This document shows positions 1 to 9,021 of a DNA stretch of 64,000 bases, piece after piece. The position numbers were made by a program, and so were the translations under genes. The stretch's first letter is position 1, and every line of letters begins with the position of its first letter. Where the stretch lies: NCBI GenBank assembly GCA_963754315.1, contig CAVWFS010000018.1, positions 192,001 to 256,000 of the forward strand, read 5' to 3'. The notes beneath the pieces are model-generated. The model had not been told where the DNA came from and did no database searches. It saw only the letters and a program-made list of their open reading frames with translations. Origin of the DNA: an uncultured Candidatus Rokubacteria bacterium (GTDB lineage: Bacteria > Methylomirabilota > Methylomirabilia > Rokubacteriales > CSP1-6).

Positions 1-2053
1 CTTCGGCGAGCGCGGCCAGGACGTCTCCGCGTGTAAGCCACTCCGGTGGACAGTTCTTCAGCAGACGCGCAAGACGCGTGGTTTGTCCCCGTTTAGGATC
101 GAGGGCGGCCCGCTCGGCGATCGTGTTCAGCTCGTTGACGACCTCCTCCGGGGCCACGAAAGCGAACGGCTCTTCGGCGTCAGCGGACTCCGACGCCAGC
201 CTGAGCCTGAAATCCGGGTCACCGTACGCCTGGTAGGCGCCCCAGGTATTGCAGTCGGGGAAGGCGTCGTAGGTCTTCCGTCGCGCCTCGAGAAGGGAAC
301 GCCCGAACGTGTCGCCGACGAGCATCCGCTCATAGAAGATCCGCGCGAACACCTTGGCCGGATCGTCTCGAACGGCCCAGCCGGCCGCCACCACAGCGCG
401 CACACCCATCTGGATGAGCTCGCGGGAGACGCTGGCGGCTAGCTTGTTGAAGGGAACCTCGACTCCGACCTGACCGATGTGACAGCAATTCAGGAAGACG
501 AGATCGGGCACCTGCCGCATCTGGCCGATCTCGACGGCGCTGAGGAACACACCGTCCTGCAGCACCAGGCCGCTGCGCCCCTCCGTGTGACCCGGCCGAG
601 GAGGTTGGTAGTAGCCGTGCCCCGCCAGATGCAAGATGCGATAGGGGCGGGCAAAGAGGTCGTTGAGGACCTCGAGGGCGGTGGGACGCTGATCGCTGTG
701 GGTCACTCGATAGCGGTGCCGCGTGAGCAGATCCGCCACCAGGACAGCCTCAGCCCGCGCCTGAGGCAGCTCCGGGATGCCGGGGCCGGTGAGCGGATCA
801 CCGACCACGTAGGCTTCGTTTGTGGTGCTGGCGCGGATCTGCTGGCGATAGGTGGCGGTGGCGAGCTGGCGGACCATGCCGATCTTGGCGCTCAATGGCT
901 CCTGACGGTCCACCATGAGCTCCCACGGGTAGATGGCGGTGCTGCTGTCCACGATCAGGACGAGCCATGACTGCTGGGCCAGCGTATCCTTGAGCTCGTT
1001 GGGCACGAGCAGCTCGAAGAGGGTGTTGGCCGCGTCGGACTTGAACTGTATCTCGCGGACCGAGGTGGCGACCAGGCGATCGATCGCCTCGAGCTGGCGT
1101 GGCTGCATGATGATCTCGGCGCGAGCCCGGTCGGACAGGGCGAGGAAGCGGAGTCGGCCCCCTGAGCTCCCGCGTCTCCAGGGTCGGGCGAGGAAGTCGA
1201 GGAAGGGCTCGGCTTGCTGGGGCTGATCCTTGATGGTCTGGGACACGCTCTCGATGAGCTGTTCGAGTACCGCGGGTTCCATGGGAGGCGTTGACAAACC
1301 CTCGCCGTCCTCGACCAGGGTGATCTCGACCCGACGCCAGTAGTCGCGATAGCGCGCGTGGCGCAGGCGTTCTTGCCGGCCTCGAGCCGTGCGCAGACGG
1401 GCAGCCGCCTCGATGGCCACGCCGAATTCCCGCTCGAGAAGGGGAACGAGTCGGGTCGTGGCCCGACACGCCTCGATGGCGGCGTCGGCAAACAGCTCGA
1501 CGATCTCGAGATCGGTGAGGTGGACGTCACCGCCGAAGAGCTGGCTGACCTCTAGATTCGCGCGCGTCACCCCCCGCACGATGGCTCCCACCGAATCCTC
1601 GACCCCGATGCTGCTCGAGGAGGTTACCCCGATGAGGAGGACGCTCAGCCCCAGGGGGGCGGTGGCGGAGGAAACCCCGCGTCCGCCCAGCAGGCGGCGC
1701 ACTTCGGCGATGTGCATGATGTAGGTCAACGCTCCCCGCCGTGAGACTTCGGCCAGCGTGTTGGGATTCAGGTCTCCCATCTTCCCGAGCCCGATCACGA
1801 CGGCTCCCTCCGGGCTGTCCTCACGTCGAAGCCCTCGGGACAGGCCGCCAAGGAACACAGCGGACGTGCCGAGCTCGCCGGGGTAGAGCCCCAGCTGGTA
1901 GCGGTGGGACAAGCCTCCGTCGAGTCGGCGGTCGATGTGCGCTTCCGCGCCGGCGATGGTGTCCCCTTCGTAGTGACCCACCATGACCGGGTAGCTGGCG
2001 TAGCGGAGATCGCCGTGCAGTACCCAGACTCGGAGCGCGGGTGAGGCGGGCAC
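1..2053 (-). CDS. CHAT-domain (caspase-like, peptidase C14 clan) protein, 3' end runs off the window
   Basis: Manual translation of an open minus-strand frame absent from the ORF track (no stop inside the window): LRVWVLHGDLRYASYPVMVGHYEGDTIAGAEAHID...IYPWELM...ILHLAGHG (His codon 617-619)...LVFLNCC (Cys codon 482-484)...VVAAGWAVRDD...WGAYQAYGDP. Start uncertain: GTG 2053, or GGAGG-preceded ATG 2121 if there is a frameshift. Confidence 0.85.
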   Translation of the reverse strand, partial: MPASPALRVWVLHGDLRYASYPVMVGHYEGDTIAGAEAHIDRRLDGGLSHRYQLGLYPGELGTSAVFLGGLSRGLRREDSPEGAVVIGLGKMGDLNPNTLAEVSRRGALTYIMHIAEVRRLLGGRGVSSATAPLGLSVLLIGVTSSSSIGVEDSVGAIVRGVTRANLEVSQLFGGDVHLTDLEIVELFADAAIEACRATTRLVPLLEREFGVAIEAAARLRTARGRQERLRHARYRDYWRRVEITLVEDGEGLSTPPMEPAVLEQLIESVSQTIKDQPQQAEPFLDFLARPWRRGSSGGRLRFLALSDRARAEIIMQPRQLEAIDRLVATSVREIQFKSDAANTLFELLVPNELKDTLAQQSWLVLIVDSSTAIYPWELMVDRQEPLSAKIGMVRQLATATYRQQIRASTTNEAYVVGDPLTGPGIPELPQARAEAVLVADLLTRHRYRVTHSDQRPTALEVLNDLFARPYRILHLAGHGYYQPPRPGHTEGRSGLVLQDGVFLSAVEIGQMRQVPDLVFLNCCHIGQVGVEVPFNKLAASVSRELIQMGVRAVVAAGWAVRDDPAKVFARIFYERMLVGDTFGRSLLEARRKTYDAFPDCNTWGAYQAYGDPDFRLRLASESADAEEPFAFVAPEEVVNELNTIAERAALDPKRGQTTRLARLLKNCPPEWLTRGDVLAALAE

Positions 2054-2217
2054 GCGTACTAGCGGGAGCGGTCGACCACGCGAGTGGCCGTCTCGATCAG
2101 CGAGCGGAACATGATCGTCATCTCGAGACCGCCTCCTGTCAATTCTCGTCCGGCGTAGCGACTAGCTTCGTCCAATTCGTCGGCCGAAACAACTGTCCTT
2201 CGCGTAGCATCTCCCTG

Positions 2218-2991
2218 ATGGCTGCCACGCGTCGCTTCGACTATGACGAAGGTGACATCCACCAGACCTACCGGACCGGGCGGGCGCTGAGCCGCGAACA
2301 GATCGATTTCTGGTCGGCTCTGCTGCGGGCCGCGGTGACGTCTCGTCCCCGGCTGATCCTGGACGTCGGGTGCGGGGTCGGACGCTTCTCAGGAATGCTC
2401 CGCGATCTCTTCGAAGCGTCGGTTGTCGGCCTCGACCCGTCCGAGCGGATGTTGGCCGCCGCCCGGCTCGACCCGGCCCTGGCCGGGATCGGATGGATCC
2501 GGGGAAGCGCGGAAGCCTTGCCGATTGGTGTCGAGCGCGCCGATTTGCTGCTCCTGTTTCTCGTCTATCACCACCTCGCGGACCGACCGGCAGCGCTCCA
2601 GGAGTGCCGCCGGACGCTGGCCAGAGAGGGGGCCCTCCTCGTCGTCACCTCGACCCTCGAGACTCTCGATTCGTATCTGTGGCTGCCGTTCTTCCCGTCA
2701 GCACGCGACATCGATCGCGCGCGCCTGCCCGGTCGCGCCGGACTCATCCATACTGCCCAGGAAGCACGACTACGCCTGCGCTGGCACCGCACGGTGGCCA
2801 ACCCGGTGGCCAGCAGTCTTCGTGCTTACGCCGCCCGCATCGCCTCCCGCACGATCTCGACCTTGCAGGTCGTGCCCGACGACGAGTTCGCGCGCGGCAT
2901 CGTCGAGTTCAAGAATTTTTGCGAGAGGGAGGATCGTGGGCAGCCCGTGCACGATGAGATCGATGTCTTTCTCTTCGCCAGACTCGAATAG
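2218..2991 (+). CDS. Class I SAM-dependent methyltransferase
   Basis: Motif I LILDVGCGVG, VGLDPS, GSAEALP; ATG 2218 chosen within ORF 2041..2991. Confidence 0.85.
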   Translation: MAATRRFDYDEGDIHQTYRTGRALSREQIDFWSALLRAAVTSRPRLILDVGCGVGRFSGMLRDLFEASVVGLDPSERMLAAARLDPALAGIGWIRGSAEALPIGVERADLLLLFLVYHHLADRPAALQECRRTLAREGALLVVTSTLETLDSYLWLPFFPSARDIDRARLPGRAGLIHTAQEARLRLRWHRTVANPVASSLRAYAARIASRTISTLQVVPDDEFARGIVEFKNFCEREDRGQPVHDEIDVFLFARLE

Positions 2992-3044
2992 CCCCATGGA
3001 ATTGTCCGCGCCGAGCGCTGCAGGGCCGCGCAGACTCGACGCCC

Positions 3045-3470
3045 TCAGCCCGTCCCGTCTTGAACGTGCAGGGTCGACAGCTTTTGCCGGAAGGCTTCTG
3101 GAATGCGCACGGGGCGTCCCGCTTCCGTGATGAACGCTCCGGTTACCTCGGCCGTGGCCAGCACTCGCGCGTCGGCCGCCGCACGAGCCTCCTGCACCCA
3201 TCGCGTACGGGCGCCATGGATCTCACGGATGTGGGTCAGGATCTCGAGTGTGTCACCGCTGCGGGCAGGGGCGAGAAACCGAACGGAGAGGTCCGTTGCC
3301 ACGAGCAGGTAGCCGAGCTTTCGCATCGCCTCCAGACCCAGTCCGAGCGATTCCAGGGCTTCCACCCGCGCCGTCTCAAAATAGTGGACGTAGTTGGCGT
3401 GATTGACGTGACCGTAGGCGTCGACCTCGTAGTACCGGACTTTCAGGCAAAGCTGCGCCGGTGCTCCCAT
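3045..3470 (-). CDS. Acyl-CoA thioesterase (hot-dog, YbgC/4HBT family)
   Basis: [25 protein letters not shown] signature. Confidence 0.9.
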   Translation of the reverse strand: MGAPAQLCLKVRYYEVDAYGHVNHANYVHYFETARVEALESLGLGLEAMRKLGYLLVATDLSVRFLAPARSGDTLEILTHIREIHGARTRWVQEARAAADARVLATAEVTGAFITEAGRPVRIPEAFRQKLSTLHVQDGTG

Positions 3471-3570
3471 CCGGCAATCTTACTCCGGACGGAGGGATGC
3501 TCGGGCCTACCAGAGGCCCTCGTTCCTCGCCGGGGCACGGCGGGCCCGCCCCCGCTATACTGAGCTGACC

Positions 3571-4917
3571 ATGAGTTACAACGCGTGGTTTCAGTGCATC
3601 AACGGCTGTCCCGGACAGTACAGCCTGCTCGAGGTGATCTATCGCTGTCCCACGTGCGGGGACCTCCTCGAGGTTCAGCACGACATCGAGGCGCTGCGCA
3701 GTCGCTCGGCGGCGGCGTGGATCCAGCTGTTCGACGACCGCTACCGGCGCAACATCTATCCCTATGGTTCGGGGGTGTGGGGCAAGAAGGAATGGGTGAT
3801 GCCCTTCCTCGACAACGAGAACGTCGTGTCGATGTATGAGGGAACATCCAACCTGTTGTGGGCCGACCGCTACGGAAAGCAGCTCCACCTGGATGATCTG
3901 TGGGTCAAGCAGTGCGGGAATTCCCACACGGGATCCTTCAAGGATCTCGGGATGACCGTGCTCGTATCCGTCGTCAAGCAAATGATGGCTCAGGGGGCGC
4001 CGATCGACGCCGTTGCCTGCGCCTCCACCGGCGATACCTCGGCCGCCCTCGGCGCCTACTGCGCGGCGGCTGGGATCCCGGCCGTGGTCCTCCTGCCGAG
4101 GAACAAGGTCTCGATTGCGCAGCTCGTGCAACCTCTGGCTAATGGGGCCCTCGTGCTCTCGCTGGACACCGACTTCGACGGGTGCATGGCCGTCGTGCAG
4201 GAGATCACTCGGGAGCGGCGGATCTACCTTGCCAACTCGATGAATAGCCTGCGTATCGAGGGTCAGAAGACAGTGGCCGTCGAGATCGTCCAGCAATTCG
4301 ACTGGGAAGTCCCAGCGTGGATCATCATTCCAGGTGGCAACCTGGGGAACGTGCACGCGCTCGGACAAGGCTTCGCCATGATGCATGACCTCGGGCTGAT
4401 CCAGCGCCTCCCGCGTATCTGTCTGGCTCAGGCCGAACGGGCGAACCCGCTCTACCGGGCCTTCCAGCATGGGTTCCAGCGCTTCGAGCCGGTGGTGGCC
4501 CAGCCGACACTGGCTACCGCCATCCAAATCGGCAACCCCGTGAGCGTCAAGCGAGCCATCCGGACCCTCCAGCGGTTTAACGGCGTTGTCGAGCAAGCCT
4601 CCGAGCAGGAGCTGGCTGATGAGGCGGCGCGCGCCGATCGTACCGGCATGTTCAATTGTCCGCATACCGGCGTGGCGCTCGCGGCCTTGCGCAAGCTGGT
4701 CGAGCGCAAGGTCATTCGCGCCAGCGAGCGGGTCGTGGTACTGTCCACCGCGCATGGGCTGAAATTTGCCGATCAGAAAGCGGCCTATCACATGAGCGGC
4801 CTCGACGATATCCGACCCTCTCATCGCAATGCTCCCCTCGAGTTGCCGGCTGACGCGCGCGAAGTGGCGCGGGCTATCACCCGTCATGTCGAGCGGGCTC
4901 GCCTGCTGGTACCGTGA
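3571..4917 (+). CDS. thrC: Threonine synthase (plant-like subtype)
   Basis: PLP Lys motif [41 protein letters not shown]. Confidence 0.95.
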   Translation: MSYNAWFQCINGCPGQYSLLEVIYRCPTCGDLLEVQHDIEALRSRSAAAWIQLFDDRYRRNIYPYGSGVWGKKEWVMPFLDNENVVSMYEGTSNLLWADRYGKQLHLDDLWVKQCGNSHTGSFKDLGMTVLVSVVKQMMAQGAPIDAVACASTGDTSAALGAYCAAAGIPAVVLLPRNKVSIAQLVQPLANGALVLSLDTDFDGCMAVVQEITRERRIYLANSMNSLRIEGQKTVAVEIVQQFDWEVPAWIIIPGGNLGNVHALGQGFAMMHDLGLIQRLPRICLAQAERANPLYRAFQHGFQRFEPVVAQPTLATAIQIGNPVSVKRAIRTLQRFNGVVEQASEQELADEAARADRTGMFNCPHTGVALAALRKLVERKVIRASERVVVLSTAHGLKFADQKAAYHMSGLDDIRPSHRNAPLELPADAREVARAITRHVERARLLVP

Positions 4918-6134
4918 CCAGCCGCCGGGCCACCGTCAAGGGAGGAGTCAAGACGCGTCGCCCGCTCCCGGGCCCCAGCACGCTCTCCGTGCACGCCGGC
5001 GAGCCCCGGCCCAAGCCCGGCCACGCGTTGGCAACGCCGATCATGCAGACGGCGACCTACACGTTCGCGAATACGCAGGAGCTGCGGGACCACTTCGACG
5101 GCAAGATCGAGCGGGTGGAATACGGTCGCTATGGCAACCCTACCCAGCGGATCGCAGAGGCGAAGCTCGCTGCTCTCGAAGGCGCCGAGGACTGCCTGCT
5201 GTTCGCCAGTGGCATGGCTGCGGTTACCACGACCCTGTTCGCCATCCTGTCGCGGGGAACCCACGTCGTGGTGACGGATGACAGCTACCGCCGAACCCGG
5301 CAGTTTCTGAACCAGACGCTCCACCGTTATGGAATCGAGGTCTCGACCGTGCCCTCTGGCGACTATGCGGCCTTGGAGGACGCCATTCGACCGACGACGC
5401 GGGCCCTGGTGAGCGAGTCGCCCACCAATCCCTACAACCGCATTCTGGACCTCGACCGCTTCGCCAGCATCGGTCGCCAGCACCGGGTCAAGACGGTGAT
5501 CGATGCCACCTTCGCCACGCCGTACAACCAGCGTCCCCTCGAGTTCGGAGTGGACATCGTCATTCACTCCGCCACCAAGTTTCTGGGGGGCCACAACGAC
5601 TTGCTCGCTGGGGCCGTTCTCGGGTCGCGGGAGCTGGTGGGAGGCGTGCGGGCCCTCCAGGCCGTCACCGGCGCGGTCGTCGACCCCTTTGCCGCGTATT
5701 TGCTCGTCCGCGGGCTCAAGACGTTCGCCCTGCGCCTGGAGCGGCAGAACACCAACGCGCAGGCCCTCGCAGAGTTCCTGGCCGCTCATCCCAAGGTGGT
5801 TGCCGTGCACTATCCGGGGCTGCCGAGCCACTCGGAGCACGACATCGCCCGCAAGCAGATGCGCGGCTTCGGAGGGGTCGTGTCGTTCGAGGTGCGCGGC
5901 GACCTCGAAGCGGCAGCGCGCGTGGTCGACGGTTGTCGCCTCCCCCACATCGCTACCTCGCTGGGCGGGGTGGAAAGTCTGATCGAGCAGCCGGCCGTCA
6001 TGAGCTTCTACGAGCTGACGACGGAGGAGCGCCTGCAGATCGGGATCAAGGACAACCTCATCCGCTATGCCGTGGGCATCGAGGACATCGACGACCTGGT
6101 CGCCGATCTCGCCCAGGCCCTGGAGACCGTCTGA
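4914..6134 (+). CDS. metB: Cystathionine gamma-synthase / Cys-Met metabolism PLP enzyme (plant CGS-like)
   Basis: [44 protein letters not shown] overlap with thrC. Confidence 0.85.
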   Translation: MTSRRATVKGGVKTRRPLPGPSTLSVHAGEPRPKPGHALATPIMQTATYTFANTQELRDHFDGKIERVEYGRYGNPTQRIAEAKLAALEGAEDCLLFASGMAAVTTTLFAILSRGTHVVVTDDSYRRTRQFLNQTLHRYGIEVSTVPSGDYAALEDAIRPTTRALVSESPTNPYNRILDLDRFASIGRQHRVKTVIDATFATPYNQRPLEFGVDIVIHSATKFLGGHNDLLAGAVLGSRELVGGVRALQAVTGAVVDPFAAYLLVRGLKTFALRLERQNTNAQALAEFLAAHPKVVAVHYPGLPSHSEHDIARKQMRGFGGVVSFEVRGDLEAAARVVDGCRLPHIATSLGGVESLIEQPAVMSFYELTTEERLQIGIKDNLIRYAVGIEDIDDLVADLAQALETV

Positions 6135-6138
6135 TCAC

Positions 6139-6308
6139 ATGAGCGAAGACACACTCCGCACGCTCGCGGAGCAGGTTCGCAACTGGGGACGGTGGGGCGT
6201 AGAGGATGAGATGCCGCCGATGGGCGGTACGCGTTCCTGCTGGTCGCGCCGCCTTTGCCGGTCACCGGTGCAGTGGGTACGCCGATCAATCCGTACGCGC
6301 TGAAGTGA
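6139..6308 (+). pseudogene. Cyclase/kynurenine-formamidase family relic with central deletion
   Basis: N-terminal motif MSEDTLRTLAEQVRNWGRWGVEDE joined out of frame to C-terminal motif DGRYAFLLVAPPLPVTGAVGTPINPYALK*. Confidence 0.75.
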
Positions 6309-6325
6309 TCAGGCGCGATACCAGA

Positions 6326-7054
6326 GTGTCGAGAGTGAGGACGACATGGGTTGCGGTTCCGCTTGTCCTCGTGGGTGGCAATCATGCTCTCGCGTCCGAT
6401 CCCCCGCGCTCGGGGCCCGTTCTCATGGCTCAGGTCCCCCCCAGTGCCATCGAGCTCGAGCGCTATACGGGCCTGCATGCGGCGGCGGCCCGCGGCGATG
6501 CCGTCGAGATCCGACGTCTCCTGTCTCAGGGGCTAGCTGCCGACCTACGGGATGGACATGGGCGCACGCCGCTTCACGTGGCCGCCTTCCAGTCGCGGTA
6601 TGAGGGGGCGCGTGCCCTCGTCCAGGGCGGCGCCGACCCGAACGCTCTTGACGCCCAGCGCTACGACATCGTCACCATCGCCGCCGTCAAGGATGACGTG
6701 GCCATGGTGAAGCTTGCCCTCGCCCTGGGGACGAGATCGGGCAATGTCACGAGTCCCTACGACGGCACCGCGCTCATCGCGGCGGCTCACCTTGGTCATG
6801 AGGGTGTGGTGCGTGAGCTGATCGCAGCCCGCGCTCCCCTCGACCACGTCAACAACCTGGGCTGGACGGCGCTCATCGAAGCCGTGGTGCTTGGCGACGG
6901 CGGCCCACGGCATGTGGCCACCGTGCGGGCCCTCGTGGAGGCGGGGGCCAGGACCGACCTGGCCGACCGCCAGGGGGCCACACCACTCACCTTGGCGCGA
7001 CAGCGAGGGTACGCGCCCATGATCGCCATTCTCGAGCGGGCGGGCGGCCGCTGA
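6326..7054 (+). CDS. Ankyrin-repeat protein, possibly exported
   Basis: Repeats GLHAAAARGD, GRTPLHVAA, GTALIAAAHLG, GWTALIEAV, GATPLTLA; start uncertain. Confidence 0.85.
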   Translation: MSRVRTTWVAVPLVLVGGNHALASDPPRSGPVLMAQVPPSAIELERYTGLHAAAARGDAVEIRRLLSQGLAADLRDGHGRTPLHVAAFQSRYEGARALVQGGADPNALDAQRYDIVTIAAVKDDVAMVKLALALGTRSGNVTSPYDGTALIAAAHLGHEGVVRELIAARAPLDHVNNLGWTALIEAVVLGDGGPRHVATVRALVEAGARTDLADRQGATPLTLARQRGYAPMIAILERAGGR

Positions 7055-7100
7055 CGGCACGGACCTACAGGACACCGGGAGGCGACTCCAGGGAGGACCA

Positions 7101-8450
7101 GTGATGACTACCGACGCCAAAATGATCAGCTACCTGTGGACTCACAAGACGCAGGATCATCCCTGGCTATCCGACGAGGAGCTGCTGATCGATCGGGCCG
7201 AGGGAGTCTGGGTCTGGACGCAAGGGGGCCGGAAGCTGATGGACGCCTTCGCGGGCCTCGCCGTCGTCAACGTGGGCCATGGGCGCCGGGAGATCGCTGA
7301 GGCCATCGCTGAGCAGACCGTGCGCCTGGCTTACTATCCAACCACGCGCCAGTTCTCCAACCGGCCTGCGGCAGAGCTCGCAGCCCGGCTGGCCGCCCTC
7401 ACGCCCGGTGATCTCACGTACACGCTGTTCGCGGTCAGCGGCTCCGAGGCCAACGAGCGGTCGATGCAGATCGCCCGCCACTACTGGCTAGCCCGGGGGC
7501 AGTCCGGCAAGCACAAGGTCATCTCCATGCAGGGCGGATACCACGGCGCCACCACCGGAACCTTCGCGGTCTGCGGCCTGCCGCACATGGTCGAACCCTA
7601 CGCGCCGCTCCAGGTACCTGGTTTCGCCAAGGTGACCGCGCCGCATCCATTCCGGGACCGCGGGACCGGCACCGATGATGAGCTGGTCGAGCGTCGAGCG
7701 GCCGAGCTCCGGCAGGCCATCCTGCGCGAAGGCCCGGAGACAGTCTCGGCCGTCATCCTGGAGCCGGTGCTGTCCTCAGGGGGCTTCATCATCCCACCGC
7801 TCGGGTGGCTTCGCGCCGTGCGCGCGATCTGCGACGAGCTGGACGTCCTCATGATCGCCGACGAAGTCATCACGGGCTTCGGGCGCACGGGGCGGTGGTT
7901 TGCCTGCGAGCACGAGAGTGTCGTGCCAGACTTAATGTCAGTGGCCAAGGGCATCACCTCCGGCTATGTGCCGCTCTCGGCCAGCATTGCGCGCCGCCAT
8001 CTGGCCGACGCGTTCCCGGAGGGCGGCACCCAGGAGAACGTCCACCCGAACACCTATGCCGCTCACCCGGTGGCCTGCGCGGCCGCCCTGGCCAATCTCC
8101 GCATCATGGAACAGGACCGCCTCGTCGAGAATGCGGAAACGATGGGGGCACATCTTCTCAAGAGCCTGAAGATTGCCGTGGGGCACCGTTCGATCGTGGG
8201 CGAGGTGCGTGGTCGCGGGTTGATGGTCTGCGTCGATCTGGTGGATCCGGATGGCTCCGGCCGACCCCTCGAGGCCAAGCGCGTCGCCGACCTCGACCGT
8301 CACGCCTGGGAACGGGGTGCCATTGTGTATGCGCGGGGGAGCGTCGTGCGATTGGCTCCGCCCCTCTGCATCTCCCGCGCAGAGGTGGATGAGCTCGTCG
8401 CTATCGTGGCTGACAGCGTGGATGCTCTTGCCAAGGATGCTGCGGCCTGA
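7101..8450 (+). CDS. Class III aminotransferase (omega-amino acid/putrescine type)
   Basis: SGSEANE, GYHG, IADEVITGFGRTG, VAKGITSGY; GGAGG SD upstream. Confidence 0.92.
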   Translation: MMTTDAKMISYLWTHKTQDHPWLSDEELLIDRAEGVWVWTQGGRKLMDAFAGLAVVNVGHGRREIAEAIAEQTVRLAYYPTTRQFSNRPAAELAARLAALTPGDLTYTLFAVSGSEANERSMQIARHYWLARGQSGKHKVISMQGGYHGATTGTFAVCGLPHMVEPYAPLQVPGFAKVTAPHPFRDRGTGTDDELVERRAAELRQAILREGPETVSAVILEPVLSSGGFIIPPLGWLRAVRAICDELDVLMIADEVITGFGRTGRWFACEHESVVPDLMSVAKGITSGYVPLSASIARRHLADAFPEGGTQENVHPNTYAAHPVACAAALANLRIMEQDRLVENAETMGAHLLKSLKIAVGHRSIVGEVRGRGLMVCVDLVDPDGSGRPLEAKRVADLDRHAWERGAIVYARGSVVRLAPPLCISRAEVDELVAIVADSVDALAKDAAA

Positions 8451-8536
8451 GAGCCGTCCTGGATTGTGGTCGGCGGCTGCCGGGCGGGCACTCGCAAGTG
8501 GAAGCTCGGGCGAGTCCTTGCTACGCTGAGGGGACG

Positions 8537-8851
8537 ATGAGGGTCCTTCGCATCGTGGCAATGCTCGTGCTCGCGGCGGCCCTGGATTTCGGGGTCCCTC
8601 CTGTCTCCGAAGTGCGGGACGTTTCAGAAGAAATTCAGGAGGTTTCCCACGGCAGCCGGCGCCGCCCCCACCAACACCCCCTGATCCGAGAGACGAGCCT
8701 TCCTCCGAAGGCCGGGCAGGGTCCGCACGAATCGATCCAACCTCGGTCACGGAGCACCTCCGTCTGGGTGCCATCGCTGGCGGGCGACCATCGCCCGCGA
8801 AAGGTGCCACCTTCGTCGGCCGATTCTGCCTCACCTTCGGACGACCACTAG
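8537..8851 (+). CDS. Small hypothetical protein with signal-peptide-like N-terminus
   Basis: MRVLRIVAMLVLAAALDFG then His/Pro/Ser-rich tail; fills the intergenic gap. Confidence 0.5.
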   Translation: MRVLRIVAMLVLAAALDFGVPPVSEVRDVSEEIQEVSHGSRRRPHQHPLIRETSLPPKAGQGPHESIQPRSRSTSVWVPSLAGDHRPRKVPPSSADSASPSDDH

Positions 8852-8956
8852 CCGCTCGGTTGTTCCCGTTCGCTGACTGAGCGGGTCCGCCCGCCGATTC
8901 CCCGGTGTGACTCCCGGGAGACGTCCGGAAGTCGGCCCCAAGGAGATTGCTACGTC

Positions 8957-9016
8957 ATGCCCACTCACGACAAATTTGAAGGCCGCTTGCCGAGAGGCAA
9001 GCGGCCAGGAGTCTGA
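8957..9016 (+). promoter_or_regulatory. Putative 19-aa leader uORF (MPTHDKFEGRLPRGKRPGV) containing an 11-bp hairpin, upstream of terC
   Basis: AGGAG at 8941-8945, ATG 8957, TGA 9014-9016; stem GGCCGCTTGCC-GAGA-GGCAAGCGGCC at 8981-9006 abuts the terC SD AGGAG (9007-9011). Confidence 0.45.
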
Positions 9017-9021
9017 GATCG

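Noticed and set aside
83..1986. Short ORFs listed by the track over the first 2 kb
   Set aside because: Shadow frames of the unlisted minus-strand CHAT gene
3376..4887. Long antisense ORFs such as 3376..4887, 12007..13389, 18650..19924 and 33614..35257
   Set aside because: Antisense shadows of well-supported genes, typical of high-GC codon bias; no recognisable motifs
8851..9021. Canonical yybP-ykoY riboswitch before terC
   Set aside because: Expected from context, but I could not recognise the conserved elements by eye; needs an Infernal search
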